DNA of 64,000 nt from Takakia lepidozioides. Its lineage: Eukaryota > Plantae > Bryophyta. The notes under the pieces were generated by a model. It worked only from the letters and a program-made list of their open reading frames with translations. It was not told the origin of the DNA and ran no database searches. The translations under genes and the position numbers were made by a program. This document shows positions 57,360-64,000 of this stretch, piece by piece. The first letter of the stretch is position 1; every line of letters begins with the position of its first letter. The stretch covers positions 46,624,001-46,688,000 of the forward strand of contig CM060732.1 of NCBI GenBank assembly GCA_030704615.1, in the 5' to 3' direction.

Positions 57360-59810
57360 TCACAGCCGCCTTGGCTGCCAACTCCCTCTGAACCTCAAGC
57401 ACCTCCCACGTGTGCCATGGATGCATGCACCCGTGGTCCTCACATGCTCGCCCCCACTCACTACCTGTACCGTCTCGGTAGGCAGAGAGACCATTGAGGG
57501 AAGTGTACTCCGCACTCTGCGTTGCTCAGCCAGAGCCAAGCTGATAATCCAGGTCAAGCAATTGAGATCCATTGCTTGCCCCAACACTTGACGACGTGAT
57601 GCCTCAGAAAGAGACGACACCGCCGTGGTACCAGTGGTAAAACCCATTGCCCGCTCACGCTCGTCAGCATTAGGCTCCACTAACTGCTGCAACTGAGCAT
57701 CCCACAGGAGGCCAGGTCCACTATCCCGGAAAGCATGCGATCCTGGGAAGCTGAGCAGTGTAGGTAATGCTGCTCGTGGTTGACCCACCTTGTTGACCAC
57801 TGCCAAAGGCGAACGGTCATCGTGTCTCACACGCTGAGATTGCCTCCTTGTGTCCAGAATGTTATCCACTGTGAGATGTGCTGGCCGCTGCACCCCATCA
57901 AATGCACGCTTGAGCAGTGCGGGTGGCATCAAGTTAGTCCACCATAGCCGTGGACGATGAGCCCGTGACCCCACTGTAGCTGCATCTAGCAACACTGCTG
58001 ACCCAAGCCACGGCCGGACTTGATGCACACTGGCCATCACCCTGGCCCGAGAATCGCCCATCAGTGGCACATTCTCCAAGATGTATGCTGGAGATACAGC
58101 TTGATGAAGCTGCAAGTGGCGCAAAACCCGCACCATCTCCCAAAACAGACCCGACCTCGAGTCTCGCAATCCATTGCCATGCCCGGCTGATGAATGCCCT
58201 TGGCAGGGCCAACCTGCCACTACCAGATCAATGGAGCCAACCCGCTCCAAATCCTGCGCCCCCAGCAACGAAATGTCTGCTGGCAAGGCCTGCTGATATC
58301 CACGAATTGCAGACACCGACAACAACTCAGGGTACCGCTGCACCAACTGAGCAACATGGCGAAGTGAAACGCGTCGTGCAGTCTCATCCCTCTCCACATA
58401 CAGGTAACGCCAAACTCGTACACCTGCCTGTAACACAGCAGCCAATCCGGTGCTGATCCCGCCAAACAAGTCTAGAAGACAAATGCCTTCATCCAGATAC
58501 TGCCACACAATAGGTGTGGTGTCCAATGGAGACAATTGAGGTGGTCCTGGTGCAATCCCCGCACTCTCCTCCTCTCTTGACGGTACAAAAGCCTCCACCC
58601 AGGCTTGTTGCACCCGTCGATTAGCATCCCGCTGCAAATCCTTGCTCGTGCCCCACAATGGAGTCTGAGCAACCATGGTAGGCAACTCCGCCATACCATA
58701 CATGTCATCCTGCTCTCCCGGAGGTGGTACATCCTCTGAATGAGCATTGCCCTCAAGCAACTCTCTAGGCCAACTCACTGCCGCTGTGAATGCTGCTAGT
58801 GTCGGCATCTTGCCTCGCTGGGCAACCGCAACTCCTCCTATGAACGTCACAGGGAGTAGTCTGATAGCCAACTCACGCCGTGTCATGCCCCGAGCTTGCT
58901 CCGATCCTCCCAGAGACGTCTGTATCTGGAAAGGACAAGGCTCCATATCCGCCTCCGTGAGGCCCAAGCCTGCAATAGCAGCTCTGCCCAGCATCAGTGG
59001 CTGAGCTCCCGAGTCCAACAAGACCCGCAGTGGCCGGTACCTCTTGCTTGCCGGTCCACTCAAACAGAAAATGCCATCCTGGTTGTCTAACATGACAACT
59101 CTAGGTGTCACCATGGCGCGCTCAATGGCTGGCCTAGCTCGAAGCTCCATCAACCTGGCAGCTGTAGCTTGCCATGGCGCCGCCGTGGCAGTCTTGACCC
59201 TCAAATCCGAGGATCCCTTCGGCACTGCATCTCCCAGTATCTCCGCAGAAGATGAAGTAACCTCCCCACTCTCACAGAGTGTAGCTGCCAGCCTGAACAC
59301 CTCAGCTGGTGTTACCCCCGGCATCGCAATCATGGTAGCCGAGAACAATGGAGCCTGGCACACAGATGTGGCCGCTCCTAGCAGCACACTAGATGCCGTA
59401 GCCTTGGCGACACTAGGTAGTGGTGCTACCCGTGTAGCTCTCCCCAATGGCATAGTAACCTCCGCCTCGGTAACAGTCGGGCGAGAACTAGGTGCCATGG
59501 ATGGCGTCGACACTGTCTCCGCCAATGTGAATGACTGAGGAAGCCTAGCCTGACGGCTTGCCTCCCCACGCTGTGGATCCAACGCCACCTCTGCACCTCG
59601 TGGCTCAGGAACTCGTGCTGCTCCTCGAGTCACGGCTGCAGCAGACTCCACCTGCACTAGTGGTAGTGCTGCTCCACACATGAATCCCATGCCTCCCATA
59701 TCTCCTCCCTCAGGAGCAGGAGGTGGACCATCCGGCCTTAGAGCCGGTACCACCTGAGCTGTAGCCATGGCAGCAAGCCTTTGCTCTAGCTGCTGAAGCC
59801 GGTTGGCCAT
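57360..59810 (-). CDS. M2 protease fused in frame to a DNMT3-like C5 cytosine methyltransferase (MTase at about 57541-58490)
   Basis: LLDSGA, then motifs I DLFGGISTG, II YVERD, IV AGWPCQG, VI ILENV, VIII AHRPRLWWTNL, IX ERERAMGF, X RRQVLGQAMD, with no stop. Confidence 0.93.
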   Translation of the reverse strand: MANRLQQLEQRLAAMATAQVVPALRPDGPPPAPEGGDMGGMGFMCGAALPLVQVESAAAVTRGAARVPEPRGAEVALDPQRGEASRQARLPQSFTLAETVSTPSMAPSSRPTVTEAEVTMPLGRATRVAPLPSVAKATASSVLLGAATSVCQAPLFSATMIAMPGVTPAEVFRLAATLCESGEVTSSSAEILGDAVPKGSSDLRVKTATAAPWQATAARLMELRARPAIERAMVTPRVVMLDNQDGIFCLSGPASKRYRPLRVLLDSGAQPLMLGRAAIAGLGLTEADMEPCPFQIQTSLGGSEQARGMTRRELAIRLLPVTFIGGVAVAQRGKMPTLAAFTAAVSWPRELLEGNAHSEDVPPPGEQDDMYGMAELPTMVAQTPLWGTSKDLQRDANRRVQQAWVEAFVPSREEESAGIAPGPPQLSPLDTTPIVWQYLDEGICLLDLFGGISTGLAAVLQAGVRVWRYLYVERDETARRVSLRHVAQLVQRYPELLSVSAIRGYQQALPADISLLGAQDLERVGSIDLVVAGWPCQGHSSAGHGNGLRDSRSGLFWEMVRVLRHLQLHQAVSPAYILENVPLMGDSRARVMASVHQVRPWLGSAVLLDAATVGSRAHRPRLWWTNLMPPALLKRAFDGVQRPAHLTVDNILDTRRQSQRVRHDDRSPLAVVNKVGQPRAALPTLLSFPGSHAFRDSGPGLLWDAQLQQLVEPNADERERAMGFTTGTTAVSSLSEASRRQVLGQAMDLNCLTWIISLALAEQRRVRSTLPSMVSLPTETVQVVSGGEHVRTTGACIHGTRGRCLRFRGSWQPRRL

Positions 59811-61213
59811 GCCTTGGTCAACACCTGACCTCCGCGTCCTTGGCCATGTTGAGCTTGCCCTTGGCCTGCACCTCGTGGCTGGCCACCTCGTCCTCTCTGG
59901 GCTGCTCCACCTCGCCCCCGACCACCATTGTTCCGTTGGAACTGGTCTGGGCGCAACTCAGGATGCAAACCATAACACTGGGCCTCTCCATGCCCGTGCT
60001 TGCCACAATGCCCACACTGCAACTGTGCAGGCTGTGCATGTGCTGGCCCTTTGCCTCCCTCTGGGCAATCCTTCTTGACATGGGGTCCTCCACATGTCCA
60101 GCACACCACATCCGCCCGTTGTTGGCCAGCAAATGAAGGGAGAGACCCCTGCATCTGAGGTCCTCTCTGCCATTCCCTGAGCTTCACCTGAGCCCCCTTG
60201 TTGCCTTGAGCACGTTGAGGTAGTGGTTGGCTAGGAGCACCACTACCCCGTGGTGTCTCCTTAGCAAATCCCACCGTGACCACTCGTTCCTCCACCATGT
60301 TGAGCTCTATCCGCTCTGCCAGCAAAAACACATTTGCTAAGGTGGGTTGGGCCGCTTGTAGGAGAGTTGCATCCCGCACCCTTCTCCTCAGCTCCTTGTC
60401 CAATATCCCATACCAGAATTGGACTGCCTGAGCTTCCGTAACCCCTTGGGTTATATTTATCAAGCACCTCATGCGAGTGAAAGCCTCCCTCAAGCTCTCG
60501 GTCGGCTTCCGTTGGAACTCTTGCAAGCTTCGCAACTTCTCTGTCCTCACCCCTTGGTAGTTCCCTCTCAACTCTTCGAGGAACTCCACAACAGGGTTGA
60601 AGGCAGGCACGAGTGTTAGCGTTGGTGCGGTAGTGGCTTGGGTGGACGTCGTAGCTACTGTACCGCTACTTGCTGAAGCTGCCGGTGCAGCGGCAGGTGT
60701 AGCCACTGCCCTCGTGGCTCTAGTGCCCCTAGTGATGGAGACATAGTCGGGTGACCAGTACATCCTCCACTCCTCGATCTCAACCTCATGCCCCCGCCTG
60801 AACTCATGGTAATCATCCATAGGTGGCTCCTCAAGGTGCTGAAACAGCCCCTTCCATGCCATGAAAGGCGTAAATAGTTGTGGATTGCGCATTTGCTGCA
60901 AATCACACCAACTATCAAACTCTTGGATAAAATCATCCAACTCGATGGTGCCCACCGCCCCAGAGTACCTTCGTGGCCCCTTGGTAGCTCCATACATCTC
61001 CTCCATTGTGTCCCACAACAATGGCAAAGAAACAACTTGCACCGCCGGTATGAGTCCTCCTGATTCACAATCCGAATCAGAACCTTCCGTAGAAGACACA
61101 GGAGGTGAAGGTGGCCTAAACCGCACACCTTGTCTCGTGTACCCACTAGTATCGCTAGTGCTCGAACGGGCACTGTCCCCAGCAACTAGTGGCACCTCCG
61201 TGTTGACACTCAA
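59786..61213 (-). CDS. M2 Gag, 475 aa, two CCHC knuckles
   Basis: CWTCGGPHVKKDC, CGHCGKHGHGEAQC, RG-rich tail, QKPTESLREAFTRM-type major homology region. Confidence 0.9.
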   Translation of the reverse strand: MSVNTEVPLVAGDSARSSTSDTSGYTRQGVRFRPPSPPVSSTEGSDSDCESGGLIPAVQVVSLPLLWDTMEEMYGATKGPRRYSGAVGTIELDDFIQEFDSWCDLQQMRNPQLFTPFMAWKGLFQHLEEPPMDDYHEFRRGHEVEIEEWRMYWSPDYVSITRGTRATRAVATPAAAPAASASSGTVATTSTQATTAPTLTLVPAFNPVVEFLEELRGNYQGVRTEKLRSLQEFQRKPTESLREAFTRMRCLINITQGVTEAQAVQFWYGILDKELRRRVRDATLLQAAQPTLANVFLLAERIELNMVEERVVTVGFAKETPRGSGAPSQPLPQRAQGNKGAQVKLREWQRGPQMQGSLPSFAGQQRADVVCWTCGGPHVKKDCPEGGKGPAHAQPAQLQCGHCGKHGHGEAQCYGLHPELRPDQFQRNNGGRGRGGAAQRGRGGQPRGAGQGQAQHGQGRGGQVLTKAWPTGFSS

Positions 61214-61959
61214 CCGGTCATGAACATGTCCCTAACCCCCTCTCCACAAGGTAACCGGGTAGAGAACCTGTTGCGGCTTATGGTTTGGAATACTAAGTTC
61301 CTAACATAGCCTACACATGTACCTGCATCCACCGCAAGCACTCCTATGGTTGGCTAGTCATCACCTCCAACCTCACCACAGGAGAAACAATGATGGTCTG
61401 GCTGGTCATCACCCCAGCCTCACCATCGACAGCATGTTCTAGGACTGGCCGGTGATCAAATCCAGACCAATCACCTATAAAAACAAGCGCCCACACAAAA
61501 CTAGCATGGCGCACAGTCAAGCATGCAGGTATGGAGGGGATCCAAACACAAGAAATCAGAACGACAACTCCCCCACACCAAAAAACAACTCCACGGTGTT
61601 GCTCCTGCAAGGACACCCCAGCCCAAACCCGGACTGACTCTTGCCTCCACCTACGGAAAGGTCTTGGCCTAATGAGAGGGTGGAAATTACGAGGAAGAGA
61701 AGCTAAAGCAATGCCTAACCCCAGCATGCCCCCCTCATCCCAACACTCTTCCTCTCCTCTCTTCCCTCACTTGCATGACCATGGGAATATCATGAAGATA
61801 CTCCTCAAACCGCCCTCCACGAGCTTCAAAATTCGGCCTTCAAGACCACATGACAGTCCTTAGGCAGTCCACCAGTGCCTCCACGAGTCAGCACAGGCCG
61901 TCCACAGGTCAACACGGGCCACCACAGACCAGCATAGGCCCACACAGCTCACTGGTCAT

Positions 61960-63065
61960 AGCCGTCACAGTCCCACAAGCCACTGGGCACAGCCTGTCAC
62001 AGCCCCTCATAGCTCGCCACAGCCTGTCACAGCCCGTCACAGCCCCACAGGCCACAGGGCGCAGCTCGCCACAGCCTGTCACAGCCCTGCACAGCCCGTC
62101 ACAGCTCGCCACAGCCTGTCACAGCCCGTCATAGCCCCACAGGCCACTGGGCACAGCCTGTCACAGCCCGTCACAGCCCGTCACAGCCCCAAAGGCCTCA
62201 GGCACGGCCTGACACAGCCCCTCACAGCCTGCCACAGCCCCAAAGGCCTCAGGCACGGCTTGTCACAGCCCCTCACAGCCCCAAAGGCCACGGGCACAGC
62301 CTGTCACAGCCCCTCACAGCCCGTCACAGCCCCACAGGCCTCAGGCCCGGCCTAACACAGCCCCTCACAGCCCGTCACAGCCCCAAAGGCCTCAGGCACG
62401 GCCTGTCACAGCCCCTCACAGCCCGTCACAGCCCCAAAGGCCTCAGGCACGGCCTGTCATAGCCCCTCACAGCCCATCACCCTAAAGGCCACGGGCACAG
62501 CCTGTCACAGCCCCAAAAGGCCACCGGCGCAGCCCCTCACAGCCCATCACAGCCCCCAAGACCACCGGCGTAGCCCGTCACAGGCCCTCACAGCCCGTCA
62601 CGACCCCGAAGGCCACCGGCGCAGCCCGGCACAGCCCCTCGTAGCCCGGCACAGCCCTCGCAACCCGGCACAGCCCGTCACAGCCCGTCACAGCCCCAAA
62701 GGCCTCAGGCACGGCCTGACACAGCCCCTCACAGCCCGCCACAGCCCCAAAGGCCTCAGGCACGGCCTGTCACAGCCCCTCACAGCCCGTCACAGCCCCA
62801 AAGGCCTGAGGCACGGCCTGTCACAGCCCTCACAGCCCATCACAGCCCCAAAGGCCATGGGCACAGCCCGTCACAGCCCCACAGGCCACTGGGCACAGCC
62901 TGTCACAGCCCCGCGCAGCCCGTCACAGCTCGCCACAGCCCCTCACAGCCCCAAAGGCCTTAGGCAGGGCCCGTCACAGCCCCTCACAGCCCCAAAGGCC
63001 TTAGGCAGGGCCCGTCACAGCCCGTCACAGCCCCCAAGGCCACAGGGACAGCCCGTCACAGCCCC
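61960..63065. repeat. CACAGCC-core minisatellite in the M2 5' leader (11-bp subunits, about 54-bp higher-order unit)
   Basis: Repeating acagcccgtc / acagccccaaaggcctcaggcacggcctgtc blocks. Confidence 0.92.
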
Positions 63066-64000
63066 ATCCATGGCCGCTCTGGCAGTTTAGCCATTTCTCC
63101 AAGGGGTTTAGCCACGCCAAGCTAGGGTTTGTGTCTCTTGGACTCTAGGCTTCTTTCCACCGAGCTATGGCGGCTGTGAGGAAATCAGCAAGGTATTCTT
63201 GCTCTTTCGGCTCCCACACACCACCGTAGTAGCCCTAAGCCATGAGGTGGTTGCCACAAACCAAGCCTTCTTTCTCACTTAGCCTTCCCAAACACGCCAC
63301 TAAACTCAATGGCAAACAACCAAGCCCTGCTGGTTCCCAGCCCTTATGAGCACTCATTCAAGCACTCTCCTTGGCCATAGCATCTGTCTTAGAGCCTATT
63401 CCAGCCCCCTACACCTGCTGCTTCAAAAGTTGCGCTCCCTTCAAGCTTGAAGTTGAAACCCCAACTCACATAGGCCCTACAAGTGCTTTTCTTTCACTCC
63501 AAGTGGAAACCAGCCCTAGACCTTCCGTTCTAGCTCTCTAAAGCTTGAAAACAAGAGCCTCAATGGGCTGAAGGCATGCTCCACACATGCCCCACTCTCA
63601 CCATAAGAGAATCAGCTCATTTGCTTCATTTCTTGCACCCACAAACCTGAAAATACAAGCTTCAGCAGGCTGAAAGCATGCTCCACATGCCCTACAGGGA
63701 AACCAGCCCCTTCCTTCCTTTCTTGCACTCCCACACCTGAAAGTGCAAGCCTTCACCAGGCTGATAGCATGCTCCACACATGCATTGCCCTCACATAAGG
63801 GAAGTCAGCCCTTCCCTCTTCCTTGCTTGCCCTCCAAGCTTGAAGATGGAAGCTTCAATGAGCTGAATACATGCTCCACACATGCAACCTCTTCACACAA
63901 GAGATATCAGCCCCCTATCTTGGCTCCTTGGCTCCTTGATGCTCTCTAAGACAAGACTAAGCACTCCACAGCCTTTGCCAAGCTCCTGAAACCCTAAGGC

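Larger units (their letters stand above)
53268..64000 (-). mobile_element. Ty3/gypsy element M2, sister of M1 (Gag-PR-MTase-RT-RH-IN-PHD); 5' end lies beyond the window
   Basis: High nucleotide similarity to M1 through the coding region and PPT; uninverted domain order. Confidence 0.93.

Noticed and set aside
57541-58490. Bacterial restriction-modification or contaminant origin of the MTase
   Set aside because: In frame with a retroviral-type protease, present in two element copies, with DNMT3-type motifs VIII-X.

Overview
Eukaryotic, transposon-saturated region with no intact host gene. The host is probably a land plant, since PLS-class PPR fragments have been captured. From left to right: (1) a truncated non-chromovirus Ty3/gypsy element (1-~5760, minus); (2) a MULE-like GCM/DDE/SWIM transposase gene split in frame by a 5.4-kb non-autonomous CACTA element carrying PPR, SEC13 and other gene fragments; (3) a 283-bp hAT MITE; (4) a LINE ORF1 cut by a 500-N gap; (5) a Sola-like transposase gene interrupted by a 24.5-kb nested block; (6) a second element of the methyltransferase-carrying family (53268->64000, minus). 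The nested block is a Ty3/gypsy element (23835-48309) whose polyprotein is Gag-PR-DNMT3-like C5 methyltransferase-RT-RNase H-IN-PHD finger. It has no tRNA primer site but carries a self-complementary one. Its ends are split (B...A-B-A) and bounded by a 4-bp TSD, and it has an internal inversion. A young 13.5-kb gypsy element with extra 5' and 3' ORFs is nested inside it. The strongest candidate for a new system is this DNMT3+PHD, self-priming, split-LTR retrotransposon family. All coordinates were read by eye, and family names come from motif recognition, not database searches.
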